A stretch of 62,505 nt of DNA, counting the filler, from an uncultured Myxococcia bacterium (GTDB lineage: Bacteria; CAZTWC01): assembly GCA_964617105.1 (NCBI GenBank). It is 19 parts of 19 records of this genome, joined end to end, with 100 filler letters (N's around TTAATTAATTAA, not from the genome) between each part and the next. Parts side by side here need not be neighbours in the genome. Positions count along the whole stretch, not along the records: positions 27,003 to 30,234 come from CAZTWC010000372.1; positions 30,335 to 33,537 come from CAZTWC010000373.1; positions 33,638 to 36,831 come from CAZTWC010000374.1; 16 more parts are not named here. The stretch is one strand, 5' to 3'. The notes beneath the pieces are model-generated. The model was not told the DNA's origin and searched no databases. It worked only from the letters and a program-made list of their open reading frames with translations. Of the stretch, positions 27,772 to 36,931 are shown one piece after another. The translations under genes and the position numbers were made by a program. Positions within the stretch are counted from its first letter, which is position 1. Every line of letters begins with the position of its first letter.

Positions 27772-28845
27772 ATGACTAGTCTCTATGACCTATTAAAATT
27801 GCTGAAAAAAAAGGGGGCATCCGATCTCCATGTTACCACTGGAACCGCACCCCAGTTGAGAATTGATGGAAAACTGCAGACCATAAAAATGTCAACATCC
27901 AATGCTGCAGACACCAGGAAATTGGCCTATTCGATTTTAACCGATGAACAGAGAGCCAAGTTTGAAAAAGAGAAGGAATTGGATCTCTCTTTTGGTATAA
28001 AGGATATGGGGCGTTTTCGGGCCAATATTTTCATGCAAAGGGGAGCAGTGGCCGCCTCTTTTAGAAATATTCCTACCCAGGCAATGACCTTTGAAGAGTT
28101 AGGAATACCCCCGTCGATACAGAATCTGGTAAAAATACCACGGGGGCTGGTGCTGGTTTCCGGCCCAACTGGCAGCGGCAAGAGTACTACCCTCACCGCT
28201 CTGATTGACCAAATAAACAATCAAAGCCATGTCCATATTATTACGATAGAAGATCCCATAGAATTTTTACATGTCCATAAAAAGGCGCTAATCAACCAAC
28301 GCGAGGTTGGGACAGATACAGATAGTTTTAAAAAAGCGTTGAAATCTATTTTGCGTCAGGATCCTGATATCGTTTTGATTGGCGAGTTGCGAGATCTGGA
28401 AACTATTGATGCCGCTCTTACCATTGCTGAAACCGGGCATTTATGTTTTGCCACCTTGCATACCAACAACTGTGTCCAAACCATAAATCGCATTATCGAT
28501 GTTTTTCCTCCTTACCAGCAGCAGCAGGTTCGGGCTCAACTCTCTTTTGTGCTGGAAGGGGTGGTAAGCCAACAGTTGATCTCCAAGGTTGAGAGTCCCG
28601 GTCGGGTATTGGCCATGGAGATTATGATCCCAATTCCCGCTATTCGAAATTTGATTCGTGACGATAAGATTCATCAAATCTATTCTCAGATGCAAATAGG
28701 ACAATCAAAACACCATATGTTAACTATGAATCAGTCATTGAATTCTCTTTACCAGCAGGGGATTATCTCCCTGGAAGATGCTCTGGGGCGTTCTAGCGAT
28801 CCAGATGAATTGCGCAACATGATTGTTTCCCAGGAAAGCAACTAA
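27772..28845 (+). CDS. pilT: Type IV pilus retraction ATPase PilT
   Basis: GASDLH, GPTGSGKST, TIEDPIE, AETGHL, AIRNLIR. Confidence 0.96.
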   Translation: MTSLYDLLKLLKKKGASDLHVTTGTAPQLRIDGKLQTIKMSTSNAADTRKLAYSILTDEQRAKFEKEKELDLSFGIKDMGRFRANIFMQRGAVAASFRNIPTQAMTFEELGIPPSIQNLVKIPRGLVLVSGPTGSGKSTTLTALIDQINNQSHVHIITIEDPIEFLHVHKKALINQREVGTDTDSFKKALKSILRQDPDIVLIGELRDLETIDAALTIAETGHLCFATLHTNNCVQTINRIIDVFPPYQQQQVRAQLSFVLEGVVSQQLISKVESPGRVLAMEIMIPIPAIRNLIRDDKIHQIYSQMQIGQSKHHMLTMNQSLNSLYQQGIISLEDALGRSSDPDELRNMIVSQESN

Positions 28846-28915
28846 CACGAGACTATTGGTAAAGGACGATATTCACGGAATTGACACCAAAGTCAAGACC
28901 TGAGGGAGAAAATAT

Positions 28916-30121
28916 ATGCCAGATTATGTATGGCAAGCCAAGACCAAAGACGGAGAACTTAAAAAGGGGGTAATGGATGCCGCCAGTGTCGATATGGTAA
29001 ATTCTAGGTTACGGCAGCAAAATCTCCAGCCGATAAAGGTGAATAAAAAGTTGTTGCCCGATCTGTCCAAACTTACCATTGGTGGTTCGGTGAGTCAGAA
29101 AGACCTGGTGATTTTTACCAGACAGTTTTCCACCATGATCGATGCCGGTCTTCCGCTGGTGCAGTGTCTGGAGATATTGGGAAACCAGTGTGACAACCCA
29201 TTTTTTCAAAAGATAATTATAGATATCAAAAACAATGTTGAGGGAGGAACAACTTTTGCTGATGCCCTACGGAAACATCCCAAAGTATTTGACCGACTTT
29301 TTGTCAACATGGTAGATGCCGGGGAGGCCGGAGGAATCCTGGATAATATTATGAACCGGCTGGCCGGTTATATCGAAAAAAGTATGGCTATAAAGAAAAA
29401 GGTCAAATCCGCCATGGCCTATCCTATCGGTATGCTAATAGTAGCCTTGCTGGTTTTGGCAGTGCTAATGATTTATGTCATCCCCAAGTTCAAAACCATG
29501 TTTGCCGACCTGGGCGATGAAGGGCTCCCCCCATTAACTAAAATTGTGATTACAATGAGCGAATTTGTGCAGAACAATATCGGTATGATATTTATAGTGC
29601 TGATTGGCTCCTTCATGCTGATCAAGCAGGTGGCCGCTACCAAAGGGGGAGGGCGGGTCATCGATATCATCTCTCTTAAAGTACCTATTATTGGAAGTTT
29701 GTTAACCCGGGTGGCGGTAGCCAAGTTTTGCCGAACCCTGGCTACCATGCTGCAGAGTGGAGTTCCTATTCTGGACTCCCTGGATATAGTGGCCAAGACT
29801 TCTGGTAACATGGTGGTGGAAGCAGCCATCTACAAGGCCAGGGATCATATCAGTGAAGGTAAGGGGATATCAGAACCTTTGGCAGAGGCTAAAATTTTCC
29901 CGGGAATGGTTATTCAGATGATTGCAGTGGGAGAGCAGACCGGCGCTATGGACGTGATGCTGAATAAAATTGCTGATTTTTATGATCAGGAGGTTGACAC
30001 GGCCGTAGATGCACTGACCTCTATATTGGAGCCGTTGATGATGGTGGTGCTGGGAGGCATGGTAGGTTTTTTCCTCATTGCTATGTATCTACCAATATTC
30101 GACTTAGCCAAAACATTTTAA
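28916..30121 (+). CDS. pilC: Type IV pilus platform protein PilC
   Basis: FTRQFSTMIDAGLPL, AGEAGGILD, SAMAYP, GEQTGAMD, LEP...AMYLPIF. Confidence 0.96.
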   Translation: MPDYVWQAKTKDGELKKGVMDAASVDMVNSRLRQQNLQPIKVNKKLLPDLSKLTIGGSVSQKDLVIFTRQFSTMIDAGLPLVQCLEILGNQCDNPFFQKIIIDIKNNVEGGTTFADALRKHPKVFDRLFVNMVDAGEAGGILDNIMNRLAGYIEKSMAIKKKVKSAMAYPIGMLIVALLVLAVLMIYVIPKFKTMFADLGDEGLPPLTKIVITMSEFVQNNIGMIFIVLIGSFMLIKQVAATKGGGRVIDIISLKVPIIGSLLTRVAVAKFCRTLATMLQSGVPILDSLDIVAKTSGNMVVEAAIYKARDHISEGKGISEPLAEAKIFPGMVIQMIAVGEQTGAMDVMLNKIADFYDQEVDTAVDALTSILEPLMMVVLGGMVGFFLIAMYLPIFDLAKTF

Positions 30122-30139
30122 TAAAAATTCGGCTGCATC

Positions 30140-30230
30140 TCGGCTAACGTTGTTGCAGAATATAAAATTATCCTCGACGTATAAGAACATACGCCTGCGG
30201 GAATTTTATATTCTGCGCCTAGTTATCCGA
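30140..30230. repeat. Nested inverted-repeat element (MITE/REP-like) at the contig end
   Basis: Outer TCGGCTAAC/GTTATCCGA (1 mismatch); perfect 15-bp GCAGAATATAAAATT (30155-30169)/AATTTTATATTCTGC (30202-30216); inner CGTAT/ATACG. Confidence 0.7.
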
Positions 30231-30334
30231 GCGCNNNNNNNNNNNNNNNNNNNNNNNNNNNNNNNNNNNNNNNNNNNNTTAATTAATTAANNNNNNNNNN
30301 NNNNNNNNNNNNNNNNNNNNNNNNNNNNNNNNNN

Positions 30335-32091
30335 GTAACCCCGTCACAGTCGTTGTCCTGGCCATCGCATAGTTCGCCCTCATCCAGACAGGGCCCAATT
30401 TCGCAGCCATCAGCCGCATTCTGATTGTGGTCAAAATAATAGTCTTGGCACCATAAGAGTTGGCATTGGCCTTTAAGGCAGGCTGCGGCAGCATTGTCGA
30501 AACTGCATTTCTTGTCACATTCGCTACAATTTTCCGGGTCTTGCTGCAGATCAAAATCTTCATCCACCAGACCATCGCAGTCGTTGTCTTTTTGATCACA
30601 AATTTCTTTACCGTTCTGGGTAGAAACATTTGCATGTTCGCAGCCGTTGGCGGCAGATTGGTCCAGGTCGCACCAGCCTGGCAGACAGGATTTTATAGAG
30701 CAGACCCCCATTAGACAGTAAGGCTCGGCGTTGTCCGTCCGGCAATTTTTTCCGCATTGGCCACAATTGGCAAGATCATTATCCAAATCAAAAGGCGGGT
30801 TGTCTGTATTGCCGTCACAGTCGTTGTCTAACCCATCACAACTTTTTTCTATATTTTCAAATCCGGCCAAAGATGAATAGTCGGGGTCTAGCCATCCTTG
30901 CTCACCGCCACACGACTTTTTTTCTCCTTTACAGACCCCCCTATTTTTAGAGGCCGCCGGCACTGATAACTCTTCATCGGTTTTACCATCGCAATCGTCG
31001 TCTTTTCCGTTACAGATTTCAGCCCCATCCTTTGACAGACTGCAGGAGTATTCGCAGCCATCTTTTGGTTTTTGGTTCAAGTCAATCCAGCCGGGAAAAC
31101 AGCCAGATAAAGCGCACTCTCCAGCCCGGCATTCTGATCTGGCCTGTTTAAATTGGCAGATATGGCCGCAAAAGCCGCAATGGTTGGCATCTGAAGCCAA
31201 ATCAAAGCCTTCGTCCACCAGACCATCGCAATCATCATCGCTGCCATTGCAGATTTCCAGCCCCTGGTTTTTCTGCTCACATTTCTGGCAATCGGTGGCA
31301 GGGTTGCCGTCCAGGTCAAAGTAGCCCTGCTTGCACTCCTTCACTAAACAAAATCCGCCCAGGCAATGGCCCACCGCGTTTTTAAATTGGCAAGTGCGAC
31401 CGCAAAAACCGCAGTTGGCCGGATCTGAGGTCAGGTCAAATTTTTCGTCCACCAGACCATTACAGTCGTTGTCCCTGCCGTCACAGGAGATCTCCTGGGG
31501 CTGGTATAGATCACCATAATTATCTTTTCTACAGTCCAGCCAACCCTCTTTGCCCCCGCAGGTTTTAAAACTTCCCTTGCATACCCCTTTTTTCAACTGA
31601 CAGGCAGGTGACTCCAGGTGCTCATCGGTTTTTCCATCGCAATCGTTGTCTAAATCGTCACAGATCTCTTTTCCGGAAATGGTGCATTGGTATTCACATC
31701 CATCAGAATTCCAATGGTTTAAATCTTTAAAGTTTTCCTTACAACTTTCGATTTGGCAGATTCCATTTAGGCATACCTCCTGGGCGTTGGCAAATTGGCA
31801 CTGGTTGCCGCACAGACCGCAGTTTTGCGGGTCTTTATCCAGGTCGATCCCTTCATCGGTCTCCCCATCACAGTCGTTATCCACTCCATCACAAACCTCC
31901 ACCGGGGGGGAGGCTGGAACACAGTCTCCGATAAGTTGGCAAAAACCGGAGTTGTTGCAGATCATGCCCAAAGGGCAGTTGATATCATCCTGGCAGGGTA
32001 TCCCTTTTTCGGTGCTGGAACAGGAAACCAGAAGCAGGATGATGGGCATCTGCAAAAAGAGTAAAAATCGGTTGGCAAATGATACAGCCAT
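30335..32091 (-). CDS. Cys-rich repeat surface lipoprotein (myxobacterial CDGxDNDCDG / CGxCGxxC repeats), 3'-partial
   Basis: Lipobox LVSC; eight C[DN]xxD[ND]DC[DN]G units and five NCGxCG-type units. Confidence 0.88.
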
Positions 32092-32287
32092 TATGTTTAC
32101 CTCGTAGACATTTATGTCATTGATAAATTACTTTGATGATGGCATTAGGCTCAGTTTCTGATACAATAATACAAGAAAGTTTGATTCTCTTCTATGATCT
32201 AAATCACAGATCGGCAATTTAAGAACAAATAAAATTATAGTAGACAGTTAAATTTACATCAATGTATTAATATATAATGAAAAAACT

Positions 32288-33334
32288 ATGAAAAAAACAA
32301 AAGAGATTAAGCAGGTTGAACTGACCAAAATATGTATCCAAACCCTTCCTTTACAGATTTCTTTTCCTGATCAATTAGAGGGTCTTAAAGAATCTCTCAA
32401 AAGGTTTGGGTTGCTGTCGCCCCTGATCATTGTTCCTTTGGCAGATATAAAAAGTGCCCCAAAAAACTATGGCCTGGTTTGTGGTTACCGGCGTTTTACG
32501 GCTTTGCAGGCTTTGGGGTATAAGAAGGTAGATGCCCTGATTTTGGAGGGGGAGATAGCACCTAAAGAGAATAGGTTAGAAAATTTAGAAGAGGAACAAT
32601 TGCTGGATATTTGGCTAACTGACAACCAACAGCGCCAATTTAACCCCATAGAGATGGGCAACCTGTTTGTCCGGTTTTTCCATTTGAAATTAACTGTGAC
32701 CCAAATTGCCGACAAACTGCGGCAAATGGATGGGCTTAGGCCGATAGGCAAACTCTCCCCAGAGATGCAAGAACGCTATTTGTGGATAAATAGTCTGACC
32801 GGAGGCCAAAAAGAAAAAATTGTATCTCAGCAAATTAATGAAAACCGTTTGTGGCCTTTGCGGCTATTTGACACCCAGGAACGCGATTTTCTTTTTGATC
32901 TGTTATGCCGTTTTAATTTCAATGCCAACACTTTTAAACAGGTATGCCGAAATCTCTTTGATCTTAAAAAGATAGAACGCCGAAATGTAGATATTATAAT
33001 TAAGGATATTTTATCCACCCAGCCCATTAATGAGAAGTTAAATCGCCGCCAAAGGCAGGAAAAAATAGTGCAGGCAATTTTGCTCCGTCGTTCTCCTATA
33101 TTGCCCGCTAGAAAGGCGATTTTGAACAAAATGATCAAACATCTCTCTTTTCCCAAAAATATCCGGCTGCTTTTCCCCTCAAATATGGAGGGGGAAAAAC
33201 TGTGTCTCCAACTGGAGATCAAGAATGAAAAAGATTTTAGTCAGGGATTGAAAATACTGCAGCAATTGGATGAAGAGGGTGGATTGGCGGAGATTATTAA
33301 GGAATATAACCGGGTGGAAACCGCAATTGATTAA
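32288..33334 (+). CDS. ParB/Srx N-terminal-domain protein (not a canonical parAB locus)
   Basis: LKESLKRFGLLSPL, LVCGYRRFTA, NQQRQFNPIE. Confidence 0.8.
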   Translation: MKKTKEIKQVELTKICIQTLPLQISFPDQLEGLKESLKRFGLLSPLIIVPLADIKSAPKNYGLVCGYRRFTALQALGYKKVDALILEGEIAPKENRLENLEEEQLLDIWLTDNQQRQFNPIEMGNLFVRFFHLKLTVTQIADKLRQMDGLRPIGKLSPEMQERYLWINSLTGGQKEKIVSQQINENRLWPLRLFDTQERDFLFDLLCRFNFNANTFKQVCRNLFDLKKIERRNVDIIIKDILSTQPINEKLNRRQRQEKIVQAILLRRSPILPARKAILNKMIKHLSFPKNIRLLFPSNMEGEKLCLQLEIKNEKDFSQGLKILQQLDEEGGLAEIIKEYNRVETAID

Positions 33335-33704
33335 GCGAAAATAAACTCAGCTGAGTGATTGATTACCCGCACGGGTTTAGATCCATCATGTCCCAGGCCA
33401 GATAAAATTGGGGTATAGGTGAAGATTCCCCGGAATTTATAGAACTTTTCTTCCCAAAGGGAATATTACTTACTGCCAGACGATAAACGCCACAGTTTCT
33501 GGCCGAGAAAAGAGGCATCCAGGAGTCAGCCGACCCCNNNNNNNNNNNNNNNNNNNNNNNNNNNNNNNNNNNNNNNNNNNNTTAATTAATTAANNNNNNN
33601 NNNNNNNNNNNNNNNNNNNNNNNNNNNNNNNNNNNNNTATGAATAGATAGTATCATATATGTATAGATTATGTCAAGCAGTTGTTTGCCCCCTGCGGGAA
33701 ATGG

Positions 33705-33733
33705 TTTACATCCCCATGAGAATTAGATATAAT
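33705..33733 (+). promoter_or_regulatory. sigma70 promoter, probably giving a leaderless mRNA
   Basis: TTTACA-17 nt-TATAAT; ATG 33742 follows the -10 box after 8 nt, with no Shine-Dalgarno. Confidence 0.65.
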
Positions 33734-33741
33734 CTTTCAAT

Positions 33742-34599
33742 ATGTGTGATTCAGAACAACAATTTGAAGATATTCTGGAAGAGATGGAGAGTTGCCTAAT
33801 CCATTTGGAATCCTCCATTTTTCTGAAAGAGCGGGAAAATAGTCAACAAAACCTTACGCGCCGGCGTTCATATCTGGAAAAGATAAAACCGGTTATTTCC
33901 ACCCTGCGGCAATTTACCGATGTTTCCTCTTTGTACCTTCTCCAGCAAGCCGGATTTTTTATGGATGAAATTATCCTTCAAATTGACCCCCTTGCCGATG
34001 ATCTTCAACTGCAAGAGAGCATAGACCTACTGTTCAGAGCCACCGAAGGTATCCGGTTTTTGTCCAGACAGGAGCACCAAAATATTGAATTGCAAAAAGA
34101 ATTGATCCTGTTTGGAGGATTAGACCACGCTCTACTGGAAGAGATGTACCAGATTATAATTAATGCAAAGGGTTTTTCAGAACAGATAACTCCTTCCCAA
34201 ATAGATATTTTTACCTCGGATAAACTGCTCCTTTTGCTCAAAGAAAACTCGGTGGGGGAAAAATTGGCCCTGCACCTAAGCCAGGAGGGTTGGCAGGTTC
34301 AAAAGATCACCACCGCTAACTCACTAGGTGCAGCTATAAAAAAACACTCCCCCTTTGTGGTGATTGCCCAGGATATCCAACTAGCCAAAGTATGGAATGG
34401 ATTCAAACAAAATTCTCACCAATATCAAGGAGCTTTTCTCCTGGTCAAATGTGGCGAAAACATTTTTTCTACTGGGAAAGAGTTAAGCGGGCATATCTCA
34501 ACTGAAGTGGATATTTTATCTGACCAGGAGGTATTTATCCAACAGGTTTATCAATTGAGAGCGAAGATAAATCGGAAACTATTAACCCGGCAGGCTTAG
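33742..34599 (+). CDS. Hypothetical protein: Hpt-like N-terminus lacking the His, degenerate receiver-like C-terminus
   Basis: EEMESCLIHLESSI...ISTLRQF...FMDEII aligns with an Hpt bundle; LLLLLKEN...LSQEGWQV...SPFVVIAQD is receiver-like. Confidence 0.55.
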   Translation: MCDSEQQFEDILEEMESCLIHLESSIFLKERENSQQNLTRRRSYLEKIKPVISTLRQFTDVSSLYLLQQAGFFMDEIILQIDPLADDLQLQESIDLLFRATEGIRFLSRQEHQNIELQKELILFGGLDHALLEEMYQIIINAKGFSEQITPSQIDIFTSDKLLLLLKENSVGEKLALHLSQEGWQVQKITTANSLGAAIKKHSPFVVIAQDIQLAKVWNGFKQNSHQYQGAFLLVKCGENIFSTGKELSGHISTEVDILSDQEVFIQQVYQLRAKINRKLLTRQA

Positions 34600-34622
34600 A
34601 GCCCTTTTAGCGAATATGGGGG

Positions 34623-34994
34623 TTATTGTGGTAAAACTTTATTGATGATTTTTACCAATTTAAGGGGGTTGAAGGGTTTGACTATCCAACCTGTAGCACC
34701 GGCCTCTTTGCCTTGAATTTTCCTTTCCGGCTGTGACTCAGTGGTTAATACCACAATAGGAGTATGGCTGTATTTTCTTTTTTTCCTCACCTCTTTTATA
34801 AAGGTAATTCCATCCATCCGGGGCATATTGATGTCCACCAGAAAAAGGTCTGGATTGCTTTTTTCCAACTTCTCCAAAGCATCGACTCCATCTACGCCCT
34901 GAACTACGTTAAAACCCATGTTGGAAATGGTAAACTCGATCATCTGCCTCATAGAAGGTGAATCATCGACTATAAGTACCGTCTTTTGTAACAT
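34623..34994 (-). CDS. cheY: CheY response regulator
   Basis: VLIVDDS, DINMPRMDG, LTTES, GATGWIVKPF; likely start MLQK at 34994. Confidence 0.9.
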   Translation of the reverse strand: MLQKTVLIVDDSPSMRQMIEFTISNMGFNVVQGVDGVDALEKLEKSNPDLFLVDINMPRMDGITFIKEVRKKRKYSHTPIVVLTTESQPERKIQGKEAGATGWIVKPFNPLKLVKIINKVLPQ

Positions 34995-35022
34995 TATTAA
35001 ACTACCCTCGATCTCTGATAAA

Positions 35023-36135
35023 TCATTCAAAACCTGATACCTTTAATATCTCTCCGGGAATCTTCTCCAAAGGAAGAACCGTATCCACCGCTCCTGCTTT
35101 AATCGCCTCTTTGGGCATACCAAATACCACCGAAGAATTCTCGTCCTGAGCGATATTGTAGGCGCCATTGTTTTTCATCTCAGCCATCCCCTGGGCGCCA
35201 TCATCTCCCATACCGGTCAGGATTAGGCCTACCGCTTTTTTACCAATCTTCTGGGCGGTAGAACGAAAGAGTACGTTTACCGAGGGCCGGTGCCTTGAAA
35301 CCAAAGGACCGTCCCTTACCTCTACTTTAAGTTTTTCTTGGCCAGAGGAGAGGATCAGAGTATGGAAGTTGCCCGGCGCCACCAGTGCCCGGCCCGGCAA
35401 GATCAGATCTCCATTTTCAGCCTCCTTGAACTCCATTCGGCTCTCAATGTTCAACCGATCAGCAAAAGTTTTGGTAAATAACTCCGGCATATGTTGAACA
35501 ATTACCATTGGAGGAGAATTCTCCGGCATAGACTTAGCGATAAAAGCCAAAGCCTCAGTGCCGCCGGTAGAAGCCCCAATTACCACCACCTTCTCGCCCT
35601 TATAGGTGGTATTGGCAAACCTCTTTTGGGGAATAACTACGTCGGCCGATAATTTTGGCTGAGGCACAAAGAGTCCTTGGACCGACTTTAACCTCTTTGA
35701 TAACTTTTTTACATCCACCCCGGCAGCAGCCTTCACTTTGTCGATCAACTGGATCGCTACTTCGTGCAGCATAGATTTGTCCAGGTTATCGACCTTGGAC
35801 ACGAATTCAACCGCTCCCCTGGACAAGGCTTCTAATGCCTTTTCTCCACCCAGTTTAGAGGCGGAGCTGACCATAATCACCGGGATAGGATTGGTTTTCA
35901 TCAACTCACTTAAAAAAGTGAGCCCATCCATTCGCGGCATCTCTATATCCAAAGTGATCACATCTGGTTTATGCGTGGCAATCTTCTGGCGGGCAAAAAT
36001 TGGATCTATGGCCGTGCCGACCACCTCTATATTTTGGTCACTGTTGAGTATTTCGGTAAAGATCACCCGGGCGGTGGAAGAATCATCTACCACCAGCACT
36101 TTTATTTTATCACCTTTGTTACGATTATTGTTCAT
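35023..36135 (-). CDS. cheB: Chemotaxis methylesterase CheB
   Basis: Receiver domain plus GASTGG, VQHMP, HRPSV, LTGMGDDG, VFGMP. Confidence 0.96.
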   Translation of the reverse strand: MNNNRNKGDKIKVLVVDDSSTARVIFTEILNSDQNIEVVGTAIDPIFARQKIATHKPDVITLDIEMPRMDGLTFLSELMKTNPIPVIMVSSASKLGGEKALEALSRGAVEFVSKVDNLDKSMLHEVAIQLIDKVKAAAGVDVKKLSKRLKSVQGLFVPQPKLSADVVIPQKRFANTTYKGEKVVVIGASTGGTEALAFIAKSMPENSPPMVIVQHMPELFTKTFADRLNIESRMEFKEAENGDLILPGRALVAPGNFHTLILSSGQEKLKVEVRDGPLVSRHRPSVNVLFRSTAQKIGKKAVGLILTGMGDDGAQGMAEMKNNGAYNIAQDENSSVVFGMPKEAIKAGAVDTVLPLEKIPGEILKVSGFE

Positions 36136-36167
36136 TCAGTGTATCCGTTTATAACCCTGGCGCCCCT

Positions 36168-36831
36168 TTAATGTTTTTCGTCCAAGGGCCGTTGGAAAAT
36201 TCCCGGTCTAACCATTTCAAATAGATGCTCGATACCCACCATGTTTTCTGAGGAGCCTAAAAACAAATACCCCCCTTTAACCAGACTGTTGTGCATCTTA
36301 TCAAGAATGTGCTGTCTGGTTTCCTGGTTGAAATAGATCATCACATTTTTACAAAAAATTGCATCAAATCCGCGACTAAAAGAAAATTTATCCTGGTTCA
36401 GATTAAAACGCCGAAAAGTTATTAACTCCCGTAACTCCGGTTTTATCTGGTAAAAGATCTCATCTTTTTCCCCCTTTTGCTTGAAAAAATAGGGCTTGAT
36501 ATCTTTACTATTTAAACTCTCAATGGATTCGGAATGATAAATCCCATCCTGGGCTCTCCTCAACACCTTGGTGCTGATATCAGATGCCAAAATCTTCACA
36601 TTCCAACTTAAAAATGACTTCAAAGCCTCCTTAAGACATATAGCGATAGTATAGGGCTCCTCACCACTGGAACAAGCCGCTGACCAGACAAATATATTGC
36701 GCTGGCCAAATCGAAAATTACGTTCCTGGAGCGACTTGAGTATATGCTTACTAAAAAAATCAAATTGGACTTTATCTCTAAAAAAGGGTGTTGAAAAGAA
36801 TAGTGTTTTCATGTGAAAAATCAATTGCTTA
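36168..36831 (-). CDS. cheR: Chemotaxis methyltransferase CheR, 5'-partial
   Basis: WSAACSSGEEPYTIA, ILASDIS, FDAIFCKNVMIYF, GGYLFLGSSE. Confidence 0.93.
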
Positions 36832-36931
36832 NNNNNNNNNNNNNNNNNNNNNNNNNNNNNNNNNNNNNNNNNNNNTTAATTAATTAANNNNNNNNNNNNN
36901 NNNNNNNNNNNNNNNNNNNNNNNNNNNNNNN

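Noticed and set aside
23649-30234. cheW-cheA directly linked to pilB-pilT-pilC
   Set aside because: Separated by the spacer at 26903-27002.
33363-33536. Minus-strand open frame at the contig end (...WDMMDLNPCG)
   Set aside because: Too short and unrecognisable to call.
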